A stretch of DNA of 64,000 bases from an uncultured bacterium. Its GTDB lineage: Bacteria > Desulfobacterota_D > UBA1144 > Nemesobacterales > UBA2774. The stretch spans positions 672,001-736,000 of the forward strand of contig CAVPJU010000006.1 in the NCBI GenBank assembly GCA_963705505.1, read 5' to 3'. Shown in pieces: positions 11,004-21,111 of the stretch; positions within the stretch are counted from its first letter, which is position 1, and every line of letters begins with the position of its first letter. Position numbers and translations under genes: made by a program. A model generated the notes under the pieces. It did not search any database, was not told the DNA's origin, and saw only the letters and a program-made list of their open reading frames with translations.

Positions 11004-11225
11004 GCAATGAGCGGCGTCCGCTGGGATTATGTCTTTGTTCTATGTAGAATAGAAATGCGGAACCACTCGCGGTATTCGGACCGCCCTCAATTATTACAGT
11101 CGTACTTTCAGGAGGGTAGTATGAGTGAAATCGGCCGCATAGACGTCCTTGACGACGGCCCGCACAAAGCTATAAATTTTATCGGTGAAAAAAATTGATA
11201 AGAGATAAGAAACAGGAGTATAGAG

Positions 11226-11780
11226 ATGGCTCTTACACCCTCGAAAATGATGCCTTTGGGGACCAAGGCCCCGCCTTTTAAGCTCTGGAGTCCCGTTAAC
11301 GAAAAGGAATTCAGTCTGGATGAGCTTAAATCCGATAAGGCTACGGTCGTTATGTTTATATGTAACCATTGCCCGTATGTAAAACATGTTCAAAGAGGGC
11401 TGGTCGAGCTCGCCAATGATTTTATTCCGGAGGGCGTATCCTTTATAGCTATTAACTCGAACGACGTAGAAAAATATCCCGAAGATTCCCCCGCGAACAT
11501 GAGGAGCGTCGCTCTCAGGCTCGGCTATCCTTTCCCGTATCTGTTCGATGAAACGCAGGAAGTGGCAAGGGCTTATGATGCCGCGTGCACACCCGATTTT
11601 TATATATTCGACGCCGGTCTCAGATGTGTATACAGGGGGCAGATGGACGATTCGAGGCCGGGTAACGGAAAGCCGGTCACGGGTAAGGATATCAGGGAAG
11701 CGCTCGACAGGATGTTAAAAGGCGACACGGTAGGAGCGGATCAAATCCCGAGCATAGGTTGCAATATCAAGTGGAAGTAG
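11226..11780 (+). CDS. Thioredoxin-family / AhpC-TSA redoxin
   Basis: FICNHCPYV, AACTPDF, YRGQMDDSRPG, SIGCNIKWK. Confidence 0.9.
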   Translation: MALTPSKMMPLGTKAPPFKLWSPVNEKEFSLDELKSDKATVVMFICNHCPYVKHVQRGLVELANDFIPEGVSFIAINSNDVEKYPEDSPANMRSVALRLGYPFPYLFDETQEVARAYDAACTPDFYIFDAGLRCVYRGQMDDSRPGNGKPVTGKDIREALDRMLKGDTVGADQIPSIGCNIKWK

Positions 11781-12028
11781 TAGTTACGAGCAATGTCGCG
11801 GAAAAATCTGCACTCCGATCTTATTTGAATGTTTGATTCAACATCGGGTAAGTTTAGCTTAGTAATGTACCGCTTTGATTTTATTAAAAGCCGGGATCTT
11901 CAAATTATCTTAAAAAATCCGGTGTAGAATTATTCAATTTGCTGGAATCCGCACAATTTATTTTTAGCTGCCCCTTTTTTTGTTTTAAAATTATCAGGTG
12001 ACTTACTGAGGTTGCAAAGGGCTTTTCG

Positions 12029-12907
12029 ATGGTAAGACATATCGCGAGAGAAACGGTTTCTTACGTCCTATGGCCACTCCTGCTTGGAATTCCCATATAT
12101 GTGGTTTCCGTGGGAATTGGATGGGGGAGACCAACGCTGTGCTTTAACGTCGCGTACTTAAGCCTGGCGGCGGCCCTATTCATACTGGAAAGGGTCATGC
12201 CCTATAGGGAAGAATGGGTGAGATCGGACGGGCAGGAATTCCCCGATTTCGCGCATACCATATTAAACAAAGGTCTAATACAGTTAGCGTTATTCCTTTT
12301 GCTGATAAGCGGAATCATAGAAACGATGGGCCATAAATCCGCCTACTCGTTCTGGCCGTCCGGGCTTCCTATGGCGGTTCAAGTCCTGATAGCGATGGTC
12401 GTAAGTGAATTCGGACTTTACTGGAAGCACCGTTTGGCTCATACCTGGGATTTTATGTGGCGTTTCCATTCGGTCCACCACAGCGTGGAGAAGCTCTGGT
12501 TCTTCAACACGGGAAGATTCCATTTCGTTGATACGTTCTGCAGTCTATTATTCAGCATACCTTTGCTTTTTGTTTTGGGTGTCCCGGGCGATGTGTTTAT
12601 ATACTTCAGCTCGATAACCGCATTCGTAGGTTTACTCACCCACTGCAATGTTTATATGCACGGAGGGATTCTTAACTATATATTCATCACCCCCAATATT
12701 CACAGGTGGCACCACTCGAAAAAGACAGAGGAGGGGAATAACAACTACGGAGAAAACCTGGTGATTTTCGATATACTTTTCGGGACCTTCTACTATCCGA
12801 AGGACCGCCACGTGGGACCGCTGGGGATCAAGGAACATATGCCGAGAGCGTTCCTCGGTCAGCTAGCGGCCCCTTTCCTCTGGCATAAATATCAGAAGAA
12901 GCGTTAA
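12029..12907 (+). CDS. Sterol desaturase / fatty acid hydroxylase family membrane protein
   Basis: His boxes HRLAH, HSVHH, HCN, HRWHH; NYG...FDILFGTF. Confidence 0.9.
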   Translation: MVRHIARETVSYVLWPLLLGIPIYVVSVGIGWGRPTLCFNVAYLSLAAALFILERVMPYREEWVRSDGQEFPDFAHTILNKGLIQLALFLLLISGIIETMGHKSAYSFWPSGLPMAVQVLIAMVVSEFGLYWKHRLAHTWDFMWRFHSVHHSVEKLWFFNTGRFHFVDTFCSLLFSIPLLFVLGVPGDVFIYFSSITAFVGLLTHCNVYMHGGILNYIFITPNIHRWHHSKKTEEGNNNYGENLVIFDILFGTFYYPKDRHVGPLGIKEHMPRAFLGQLAAPFLWHKYQKKR

Positions 12908-12921
12908 GAAACAGCTTGAAA

Positions 12922-13563
12922 TTATTTTTTCCTCGTATATACGATTTCCATCACACGGGATTCTTTTCCATCTTTGCCGGTGACGTACATTTCATAGGTG
13001 TAATTATCCGCGCTCACTAATGTTGTTACACCACGGTATGATTTTTCTCCCCCTTCCTGCGGGCAGGAAAAGGTGCCCTTCTCCGTAAATGATTTTGTGG
13101 AAGGATCATAACTGCCGGTGCTCTCCATCATGCCTGTCCCCATATTATCTATCCAGACGCCGGTATATTCTTTTTCCATATTGTCGTATCCCATAATTCC
13201 CATGCCGTGAAACTCCTGACCCATCGACATGCCTTTAGCCGTCTGCTCAAGGAAACGCCCTCCCATGATCCATTTTACTTCACTCGTCCCAGTGGATTTC
13301 TGGGGTTGAGAGTCCGGGGTTTCCCACCAGGTGACTGTATAATCCCAGTTGCCGACAAGGGGCTCAAGGGCTTTGTGACCCTCGCCTGGCGTGGCATATT
13401 CCTTCCACTTGGCCATCATCTCCTGATGCATTTTATCCATTGCATCTCCCTTGGCGGGCTCAGTATTATCCTGTGCCAGCACGTTCGCTGCTTGAGCGCC
13501 CATACACAAGATCGTAATAAGCACCGAAAAACGTAAAGATTTCATAATATTGATCGTAATCAT
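12922..13563 (-). CDS. DUF1579-family exported protein
   Basis: Signal peptide; PGEGHKALEPLVGNW, IMGGRFL, GYDN...WIDNMGTG, MEIVYTR. Confidence 0.8.
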   Translation of the reverse strand: MITINIMKSLRFSVLITILCMGAQAANVLAQDNTEPAKGDAMDKMHQEMMAKWKEYATPGEGHKALEPLVGNWDYTVTWWETPDSQPQKSTGTSEVKWIMGGRFLEQTAKGMSMGQEFHGMGIMGYDNMEKEYTGVWIDNMGTGMMESTGSYDPSTKSFTEKGTFSCPQEGGEKSYRGVTTLVSADNYTYEMYVTGKDGKESRVMEIVYTRKK

Positions 13564-13754
13564 TCTATATCGCCTCCTTTGCGTTTAATTACACCTAAAA
13601 TATTAACCGATTAATCGGGAGGATTGAAAGGTTTTTTATTGGCTGAAACGAGAGAATAAAATTTGAAGCTGTGGTTATAGATAATGTGCAATGACAGGAA
13701 GTTGGGGGATTCGGACGGCTAGTATTGGATTAGAGAGGTCGGGATTCACCGGGG

Positions 13755-14186
13755 TCAATGTATATCCGGGTCCTTATCTTTCTTTTTATCCCGCTGCCGC
13801 AGTCTTCCGAATTCTTCCCTCACCTGGTCCATGGTTTTGAATTCGTAGTTTCCCCATTCGATCGCCTCGGCTCCGAAATCAAGAAGGAGCTCTCCGGAAT
13901 TGTTGATAAGATTTAATACCTGCTCCAGGCCGGTGAATCCGATGAGGCCGGGTGTGCTTCCCTCCTCCATAAGCAGGGTGCCGTCTTTTTCGATATAGAA
14001 TTTAAAGTCAATTTCGGAACCGTAATAGACTGAAAGATAGACCGTTCCGTCTTCCCTGGTGCCGATTACGAAAACCGAATCCTGAGAGGAGAATCTCAGC
14101 TGCAGGTTATTCTCCCTGTAATAAAACTCTTTGTCCGCGAGTCTGACGAGTTCTTCAATCGATCGTATCATTTTAAGGACTTTCAT
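13755..14186 (-). CDS. Hypothetical protein
   Basis: 143-aa ORF with protein-like composition filling the gap; no recognisable motif. Confidence 0.55.
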   Translation of the reverse strand: MKVLKMIRSIEELVRLADKEFYYRENNLQLRFSSQDSVFVIGTREDGTVYLSVYYGSEIDFKFYIEKDGTLLMEEGSTPGLIGFTGLEQVLNLINNSGELLLDFGAEAIEWGNYEFKTMDQVREEFGRLRQRDKKKDKDPDIH

Positions 14187-14388
14187 TAATATCGTACCGG
14201 AGCTTGTATGGCCGCTGTATAATTTATTTTGCGTCCTCGTTAATTATAACAAAAGGAGTGTAGACATCGCGTATTTTCTACGGTCAATCAGAGCTTGATT
14301 TATCTCTGTAAGATGCCCTCCTTGCATTAGTTTTTCTCTCGACTATTATCTTTGCTTGAAAACCCGGTTTTCTGGTGCGTATAACCAT

Positions 14389-15168
14389 ATGGCGGAATCG
14401 CCCAAATCTATTTCGATAATACCTGTAAGGGGTATCCCGGAAATCAGGCCGGGCGACGACCTTGTAAAAATCGTATGCCTTGCGGTAAAGGAACAGGGGC
14501 TTTCGATCCTGGACGGGGATATAGTCGTTTTTGCTCAGAAGATAATATCGAAAGCCGAGAACCGTATAGTAAAATTACATGAAGTAGAGCCGTCGCCTTT
14601 CGCACTGACACTTTCGAAGGCAATCAGCAAGGACCCGCGTCTCATTGAAGTTATCCTCAGTGAAACAACGAAGATAATAAGGATGGATCAGAGGAAACCC
14701 GAAAAGGGGAGGCTGATCGTGGAGACCAGGGGAGGGATTATATCGGCCAACGCAGGCGTGGACGCCTCGAATGTATCGGGAGGCGACTCCGTGACCCTGC
14801 TCCCTGTGGATTCCGATAACTCTGCCGGGAATCTTGTACGTGGATTCAAGACCGAAACGGGCGCTCAGGTAGCGGTCATTATTACCGACACGGTCGGCAG
14901 GCCATGGAGGGAAGGGCTCGTGGATATTGCGATAGGGTGCTCGGGTATAAGACCGCTCAGGGACTATAGGGGCAGGGAGGATTCGAAGGGGCTCGTCCTT
15001 AGCGCTACCGTCATGGCCGTTGCCGATGAGATTGCCTCGGCCGCGGGGCTTGTCATGGAAAAGACTGATTCGGTCCCGGTTGTGGTAATCCGGGGGTACG
15101 GGTTTGAAAAGGGGGACGGAGGGGCAAGGGAGATGATAAGGAAGCCCGAAGACGATTTGTTCCGCTGA
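14389..15168 (+). CDS. cofE: Coenzyme F420-0:L-glutamate ligase (CofE family)
   Basis: GIPEIRPGDDL, QKIISKAE, ANAGVDASN, IITDTVGRPWREG, AVADEIASAA, PVVVIRG, DLFR. Confidence 0.9.
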   Translation: MAESPKSISIIPVRGIPEIRPGDDLVKIVCLAVKEQGLSILDGDIVVFAQKIISKAENRIVKLHEVEPSPFALTLSKAISKDPRLIEVILSETTKIIRMDQRKPEKGRLIVETRGGIISANAGVDASNVSGGDSVTLLPVDSDNSAGNLVRGFKTETGAQVAVIITDTVGRPWREGLVDIAIGCSGIRPLRDYRGREDSKGLVLSATVMAVADEIASAAGLVMEKTDSVPVVVIRGYGFEKGDGGAREMIRKPEDDLFR

Positions 15169-15289
15169 CGGACCTCCCGTCATTTCTCAGCCCCGAATTA
15201 TATCGGCTTCAATGGAAATGAGAGCATAATGTCAAGATGCTCCTCCCGGCAACAAAAGATCCCCTCCGGGTGATATAATTAGCTAACCT

Positions 15290-17095
15290 ATGGAATTAAT
15301 ATCAAAATTGGTCGGGAACAGGCTCCTTTCGGGCGTCCTTCTGTTTCTCTTCGCCTTTGCTCTTTATTCCCCTTCCCTCAAATACGATTTCGTCTGGGAC
15401 GATGTCGAAGTAATAGCTAAGAATAATTATTCGTATGCTGCTTCGACTATTATCTATTACATAATCCCTGGAGTCGAAAAAAACAAGCAGGAGCGTTATT
15501 ACCGCCCGGCAGTATATATATCGATGGTGATAGACAGGGGAATTTGGGGGATATCGCCATTCGGTTTTCACCTGAGTAATGTCATCTTCAACTCGATTTC
15601 AGTAGTACTTTTTTACATCATGATCCTCCTGATATTGAAGGAATTCAGCGCCAGAGTAAAGGAAGGAGCTGCTTTTCTTTCGGCGCTTCTCTTTGCCCTG
15701 CATCCAATGCATGTGGAATCCGTTTCCTGGGTCGCAGGTAGGACGGATGTGCTTTGTGCTCTTTTCCTGTTCCTCGCATTCATTTCCCATATCCTTTCAT
15801 ATAGAAGCGCATGGTTTTTACTGCTGACCGGCGTGAGTTTTACTATTTCCCTATTTTCAAAGGAGGTCGGGATTGTTTTTCCGATTCTTGTGCTGGTATT
15901 TGACCTCCTGAACCGCAGGCTTTTGAGTAGGGGCAACATACTGAAATATGCGGTTTATCTGGGGATATCGCTCGTCTATTTGTACCTCAGGGGAATGGCG
16001 TTCGTATATATACCGGAGGTGGCTCAGAATGTCGTAAATGAAGGTATGAGGCAAGCGGTAAACAGCGCTGAGCATGTGTCCAAGACCCCTTATTACCTGG
16101 GATTGATAAAAATCCTTTTAAGCTCATACCTCATATACCTGAATAAGCTCATCCTCCCCTTCAGCTTCAATGCTTTTATAACAGGCGTTCCCAGGGAATT
16201 CCCCTATTTAATTTCCTCCTTAGTCCTTATGACGGTGTTATCCGCGCTAGGTTTCTTATCGATAAAAAAGAAAGAAAATGTGACAGCCTTCGGTATATTC
16301 TGGATATTACTTACACTCGGCCCCTCGGCCCTCGTAGCCCTTTTCTCTATTTCATCCTCACCTCTCGCCGAGCGTTATTTATACATCCCTTCGGCGGGGT
16401 TCTGTCTTCTCATCGGCTATTGGGTCATAGAAGCTGGGAGCAGAATGCACTTAAAGAGCATAGCCTGGGGATTCGGCGTCCTCCTGATAATTTTGTATGC
16501 TTTTGCTGCATATCAGAGACAAGCCGTCTGGAAGGACGACCTCTCGCTCTGGCGGGACACGTCTCTCAAATCTCCGGACCATCCGCTGCCTCATTCGAAC
16601 TACGGCCTCGCTTTATCCAATATCGGTGAACAGGATGAAGCGGTAAAGGAATTTGAGATCGCGCTGTCACCGGAAATGAACGACAGTCCGAGGGGAAAAG
16701 CCGTAACCGCCAACAACATGGGACTCGTTTATATTGAGCGGGAGGATTATCCGAAAGCGGAGTTATGGTTCCGTAAAGCCCTTGAATATGATCCGGGGTA
16801 CGGGAAGACGTATTACCATATGGGGCTCATATACTTCATAAATGGCGAGCTTACCGGTTCAGCCGAAAGTTATACGGAGTCTGAAAGATATTTGAGAAAG
16901 GCTCTTGAGCGGTACAAATATTATGGAAAAGCCAATCTTTTGCTGGCGAAGGTCTATTTGAGAAGAGGGGAGAAGGATAAGGCGCTGGCAGAGGCCAGGG
17001 CGGCTATCGAGGTCGGAATCCCGGGTGATTTACTTAAAGAAGCCTACGATATCATTGAAATTGATCATCGCGGCAGTGATCAGAAACCACACTAA
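15290..17095 (+). CDS. GT-C fold multi-TM glycosyltransferase with C-terminal TPR repeats (TMTC-like)
   Basis: FVWDD, YYRP, HPMHVESVSWVAGRTD, SKE, AERYLYIPS, W..DLSLW, then TPRs. Confidence 0.85.
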   Translation: MELISKLVGNRLLSGVLLFLFAFALYSPSLKYDFVWDDVEVIAKNNYSYAASTIIYYIIPGVEKNKQERYYRPAVYISMVIDRGIWGISPFGFHLSNVIFNSISVVLFYIMILLILKEFSARVKEGAAFLSALLFALHPMHVESVSWVAGRTDVLCALFLFLAFISHILSYRSAWFLLLTGVSFTISLFSKEVGIVFPILVLVFDLLNRRLLSRGNILKYAVYLGISLVYLYLRGMAFVYIPEVAQNVVNEGMRQAVNSAEHVSKTPYYLGLIKILLSSYLIYLNKLILPFSFNAFITGVPREFPYLISSLVLMTVLSALGFLSIKKKENVTAFGIFWILLTLGPSALVALFSISSSPLAERYLYIPSAGFCLLIGYWVIEAGSRMHLKSIAWGFGVLLIILYAFAAYQRQAVWKDDLSLWRDTSLKSPDHPLPHSNYGLALSNIGEQDEAVKEFEIALSPEMNDSPRGKAVTANNMGLVYIEREDYPKAELWFRKALEYDPGYGKTYYHMGLIYFINGELTGSAESYTESERYLRKALERYKYYGKANLLLAKVYLRRGEKDKALAEARAAIEVGIPGDLLKEAYDIIEIDHRGSDQKPH

Positions 17096-17920
17096 CACAC
17101 ACAGGAAGAGCGGCCTGTCTTTCAGCAGGGATTCGGTTGGGTCCCCCCTCGTATCCGTTTGAACAAGGTACATGTATCTGAGGACGCCGTAGATTGCAAA
17201 CGGGACTGTGATCAGGAGTTTCCTCGATTCGATTTCTACGGTGTAGATTGCGTATGTTACTATTGCTGTCGTTGCGAAAATGCTTAGCGTCGTATCGAGG
17301 AATTTCGCATTGTACCTGGATAATACCTCCCTGAAAGAGTTTTCGGATTCGTTGTGCATGATAAGTTCGTGGCGCCTCTTTCCGAACGCAAGGAGCAGAG
17401 ATAAGAGGAATGTTGTAAGAAGGAGCCAGTTGGAGACTTCTATCGCCGATGCAATTCCCCCGGCTTCAATCCTGAGAACAAAGCCTATCGCGATACAGAA
17501 CACATCGATTATTTCTATTTTCTGGAGATAAAACGAATACGAGAGGCTTATTACCAGATATACCAGGGTTATGATGAGAAAATTAATGCCGATCTCGTAA
17601 GAAGCCGCTATCGATAAGCCGAGGGTGACTATAGCGAGTATGCTCGCGGCAGGGATGTTTATTCTCCCTGATGCCAGAGGTCTCAGCTTCTTTTTGGGAT
17701 GAAGGCGGTCGGCCTCGATATCGGAAATATCGTTTATGATATATGCGGTCGAGGAAGCGAGCGAGAAGGCTATGAATGCAAGGAACATCCTGAAGAACAT
17801 ATCGGAGCTCGTAAAAAGCACCCCGCCGAAAAACGGCGGTGCCAGGACCAAAAAGTTTTTTATCCAGTGCTCCGGTCTCAGTAAATAGATAACGTCTTTA
17901 AAAAGGGCGTGCATTTTCAT
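17030..17920 (-). CDS. UbiA-family polyprenyl-phosphate phosphoribosyltransferase (Rv3806c-like)
   Basis: LRPEHWIKN, YIINDISDIEADRLHPKKKLRPLASG, GFVLR, GKRRHEL, YGVLRY, GDPT. Confidence 0.85.
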   Translation of the reverse strand: MKMHALFKDVIYLLRPEHWIKNFLVLAPPFFGGVLFTSSDMFFRMFLAFIAFSLASSTAYIINDISDIEADRLHPKKKLRPLASGRINIPAASILAIVTLGLSIAASYEIGINFLIITLVYLVISLSYSFYLQKIEIIDVFCIAIGFVLRIEAGGIASAIEVSNWLLLTTFLLSLLLAFGKRRHELIMHNESENSFREVLSRYNAKFLDTTLSIFATTAIVTYAIYTVEIESRKLLITVPFAIYGVLRYMYLVQTDTRGDPTESLLKDRPLFLCVLVWFLITAAMINFNDIVGFFK

Positions 17921-17979
17921 AGCATTCTACTATTTTTCAGAATATTAGCAAAGACTTATTAATTATATATATTACTTGG

Positions 17980-18663
17980 ATGGATCGGCCGGCAGAATCC
18001 TATTTTGTAAAGATCGCTCACAGAGGGGCGAGCGCTTATGAGCCCGAGAATACAATTCGTTCTTTTAGCAGGGCGATAGAGTTAAAGGCGGATATGATTG
18101 AGCTCGATGTGAGAAAGTCCCTCGACGGGCGGCTCGTTGTAATTCACGACAGTAAAGTCGACCGGACAACGAACGGCAAGGGGCTTGTGGGCCGGAAATC
18201 TCTATCCGAGCTCAAGGAGCTCGATGCCGGTATGGGGGAAAAGATACCGACGCTCGAAGAGGCTATCGAGTCTGCGGCGGGGAAGACGAAGTTTGTAATT
18301 GAGCTTAAGGAGAACGGACTCGAAGAGCAGGTAATCAAAGTCATAAGGGGTTACGGATTGAAAGAGGATGTATTCATAGTCTCGTTCCGTCCCTTGCGGC
18401 TAAAAGCCGTGAAGGAGCTGGAGCCCGGACTAAAAACCGGCCTCATTCTTTTTGCATCCGTGAACCCATTGAGAATCGCCGAAAGGTGCGGGGCGGATGC
18501 GGTTGCGCCATTCCGCTGGTTTATCACGAGAAGCCTCGCCGAGAGGGCCCGCCTTAGTGGGCTGTATTTGTTTACGTGGACCGTCGATGACAAGGAAAAC
18601 GCAGAGAGGTTAAGGGAGTTAGGGGTAAACGGGATTGTAACCAACAAGCCCGATTTGTTATAG
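17980..18663 (+). CDS. Glycerophosphodiester phosphodiesterase
   Basis: IAHRGAS..PENT, IELDV, VIHD..VDRTTNG, IPTLEE, IELK, WTVDD, GIVTNKP. Confidence 0.9.
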   Translation: MDRPAESYFVKIAHRGASAYEPENTIRSFSRAIELKADMIELDVRKSLDGRLVVIHDSKVDRTTNGKGLVGRKSLSELKELDAGMGEKIPTLEEAIESAAGKTKFVIELKENGLEEQVIKVIRGYGLKEDVFIVSFRPLRLKAVKELEPGLKTGLILFASVNPLRIAERCGADAVAPFRWFITRSLAERARLSGLYLFTWTVDDKENAERLRELGVNGIVTNKPDLL

Positions 18664-18723
18664 CGAAAGCTTCATCAAACCGTGTATATTTGTGCCCGGT
18701 TACTTTAATTCGGGAATCTGAAT

Positions 18724-19401
18724 ATGGGAATTTTTAGCGACATCAGGTCAGATTTTCTGGCGGTATTTGAGCGAGACCCCGCGGCGAGGAACGGGATCGA
18801 GGTTATTTTTGCATATCCGGGTTTTCAGGCTGTGGTTTCTCACAGGATTTCTCATTACCTCTGGAAGAAAAACCTTAAATTCGTCTCCAGGGTTATGTCT
18901 CAGCTGTCGCGGTTCTTTACCGGAGTTGAGATCCATCCGGGTGCGGAGATAGGGAAGGGGTTTTTCATAGACCACGGTATGGGTGTCGTAATTGGAGAGA
19001 CTTCCGAGATAGGGGAAGATGTAACTATTTATCACGGCGTCACGCTCGGCGGTACGAGCTTTACAAGGGGGAAACGGCATCCGACAATAAGAAATAACGT
19101 CACAATAGGGGCGGGGGCTAAAATTTTAGGCCCCCTGACAATCGGAGAGTATAGCAAGATTGGCGCGAATTCCGTGGTTATAAAGGACGTCCCGCCGAAT
19201 TCGACGGTAGTGGGCATTCCGGGCATCGTAGTCTCGAGGGAGGTCTTCCCTGTTTATTCGGGACTCGAGCATAACAGGCTGCCCGATCCCGCTGAGCCGC
19301 TTCTGGAAAGGCTCAAGGAGCTTGAGGAGAGCATAGAGGCGTTAAAAGAAGAGCTTGAGGAAAGAAAAACCAAAGACAGCCAATATCGTAACGCTAAGTA
19401 A
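18724..19401 (+). CDS. cysE: Serine O-acetyltransferase
   Basis: [40 protein letters not shown], left-handed beta-helix repeats. Confidence 0.95.
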   Translation: MGIFSDIRSDFLAVFERDPAARNGIEVIFAYPGFQAVVSHRISHYLWKKNLKFVSRVMSQLSRFFTGVEIHPGAEIGKGFFIDHGMGVVIGETSEIGEDVTIYHGVTLGGTSFTRGKRHPTIRNNVTIGAGAKILGPLTIGEYSKIGANSVVIKDVPPNSTVVGIPGIVVSREVFPVYSGLEHNRLPDPAEPLLERLKELEESIEALKEELEERKTKDSQYRNAK

Positions 19402-19446
19402 TATTTATCCCTTCCGAAACAAATACATTGTCGGTTTTCAGGAGCC

Positions 19447-19858
19447 TTATTTTGCCAGGAGGGCGGCTGAAATTACGGCAAGAACGACACCCGCAACCTC
19501 TCTCGGCCCCAGTCTTTTCGCCCAGGAATATGAGCGCCAGAACCACGGTCAGAGCTGGATAGACCGCGGATAAGGGGACCATTACCGACAGCTTTGCGTA
19601 TTTCAGCGCAATGATGAAAAGCACGGTTCCAATCCCCCAGCTGAGGCCCATAAGGAGTCCCGGAAAGTTCACGGAAAAATTATTGAATATGGCGTTCCTG
19701 TTGTAGACAACAAATGTCGTGAACACCGTCAGAGTCCCCACTCCCTCGAAAAAATAAACACGGTACGGGATATCCTTGAACGAAGCGACCTTCCCCAAGA
19801 AGCTCCCGAGAGAAAAACATACCAAAGCCAGAAGAGTCATCAGATACCATCTTTCCAT
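19447..19858 (-). CDS. EamA/DMT-family small transporter, +1 frameshift near 19513
   Basis: Hydrophobic helices to LALIFLGEK; deleting one base (AAGACTGGGG to AAGCTGGGG) gives the canonical tail LGPREVAGVVLAVISAALLAK* with stop at 19447-19449. Confidence 0.8.
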
Positions 19859-20013
19859 CTCTTTTCTCCCTTTATATTTTCATTCGAAAAATTAATGACC
19901 GCAGGAATCGGATTCAAATAACGACAAGGCGGAGCCAGCCGTCAATAACCGTATTAATCCATCCAAGCCTCCGGCTGTTTTTTTAAGTTTTATACAAGCC
20001 CGTCATTTCAAAC

Positions 20014-20068
20014 ATTAACACAACCTTAATTTTTTCTAAATATCTCCTTAACGCTCCGGTGGTGTACT
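20014..20068 (+). promoter_or_regulatory. Four direct repeats at 11-bp period (Pho-box/OmpR-type array) plus -10-like element
   Basis: ATTAAC (20014), CTTAAT (20025), CTAAAT (20036), CTTAAC (20047), then GGTGTACT. Confidence 0.6.
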
Positions 20069-20074
20069 GATAAT

Positions 20075-20165
20075 GCCACCTTTTATCCGGGCCAAAACCC
20101 TCCCTAACACCTTGGGTCCTTCTTGGCTACTGGGGGTGATTGAAAAATCGCCCCCAGTCTTTTTT
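20075..20165 (+). ncRNA. Candidate small RNA or leader, about 90 nt (5' end estimated)
   Basis: Lies between the repeat-array promoter and a strong terminator; no recognisable coding content; contains anti-SD-like CCCTCCCT at 20098-20105. Confidence 0.4.
20129..20165 (+). terminator. Rho-independent terminator
   Basis: ACTGGGGGTGATT-GAAA-AATCGCCCCCAGT 13-bp stem followed by CTTTTTT. Confidence 0.85.
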
Positions 20166-20274
20166 ATAGTTATAGATGTCTTCATAATGTGTTAACCTTT
20201 TTATGTTACGATCCACTATTATGTATATACAAATTAGAAACCAATATTGATTCGTCTTTCAACGGGGGCACCAA

Positions 20275-21060
20275 ATGAGCGAAATGAAAGAGTATACACC
20301 GGGGACTTTCTGCTGGCCCGAGCTAATTGCGATAGATTCGGATAGGGCGAAGGAATTCTATACGAAATTATTCGGATGGAATATTGCCGATATGCCCATA
20401 GGGGACGGCAAAGTCTATTCCATGGCTTCAATCGAAGGGAAGGATGTCGGCGCATTGTACGAGATGTGGCCGGAACAGAAAGAACACGGCGTTCCGACTC
20501 ATTGGGCGAGCTACGTGTCCGTATCTGATGTGGACGAAGCCTTAAAAAAAGTGAAGGCATCGGGCGGTGAAATTATAGTCGAAGCCATGGACGTATTCGA
20601 TGCGGGCAGGATGGCCTTGATTGCCGATCCCACGGGAGCGGTCGTTTCACTGTGGCAGCCGGTGAAACACATAGGGGCCCGGCTCGTAAACGAACACGGC
20701 GCTCTATGCTGGAACGAGCTCCTTACGAACGATACGGCAAAAGCGAGCGCATTTTATACTGGGCTCTTCAGATGGACCGCGCACGAGCAGGATATGGGCG
20801 GAATGATTTATACGGTGTTCATGAACGGTGACAGACCTGCGGGCGGAATGATGAAGATAGATAAGAATTGGGGGGAGGTGCCTCCGAACTGGCTCGTTTA
20901 TTTCGCAGTGAATGACTGTGACGCTTCCGTCGGGCTGGCACAATCGATGGGGGGAGAAGCATTTAGCGCCCCGATGGACATACCGGGTGTGGGGCGCATG
21001 GCGGTTATGAAAGACTCCCAGGGCGCCGTGTTTGCCGTAATAAAACTTGAACAAATGTGA
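20275..21060 (+). CDS. VOC / glyoxalase-family protein with two domains (CFP32-like)
   Basis: PGTFCWPEL...FYTKLFGW, DPTGA; second repeat GALCWNEL...FYTGLFRW, WLVYFAV, DSQGA. Confidence 0.9.
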   Translation: MSEMKEYTPGTFCWPELIAIDSDRAKEFYTKLFGWNIADMPIGDGKVYSMASIEGKDVGALYEMWPEQKEHGVPTHWASYVSVSDVDEALKKVKASGGEIIVEAMDVFDAGRMALIADPTGAVVSLWQPVKHIGARLVNEHGALCWNELLTNDTAKASAFYTGLFRWTAHEQDMGGMIYTVFMNGDRPAGGMMKIDKNWGEVPPNWLVYFAVNDCDASVGLAQSMGGEAFSAPMDIPGVGRMAVMKDSQGAVFAVIKLEQM

Positions 21061-21111
21061 TGGGCGTTGAATATGGATTCCGGATTTTTTGTTTTGTGAG
21101 GGGAGCAGTTT

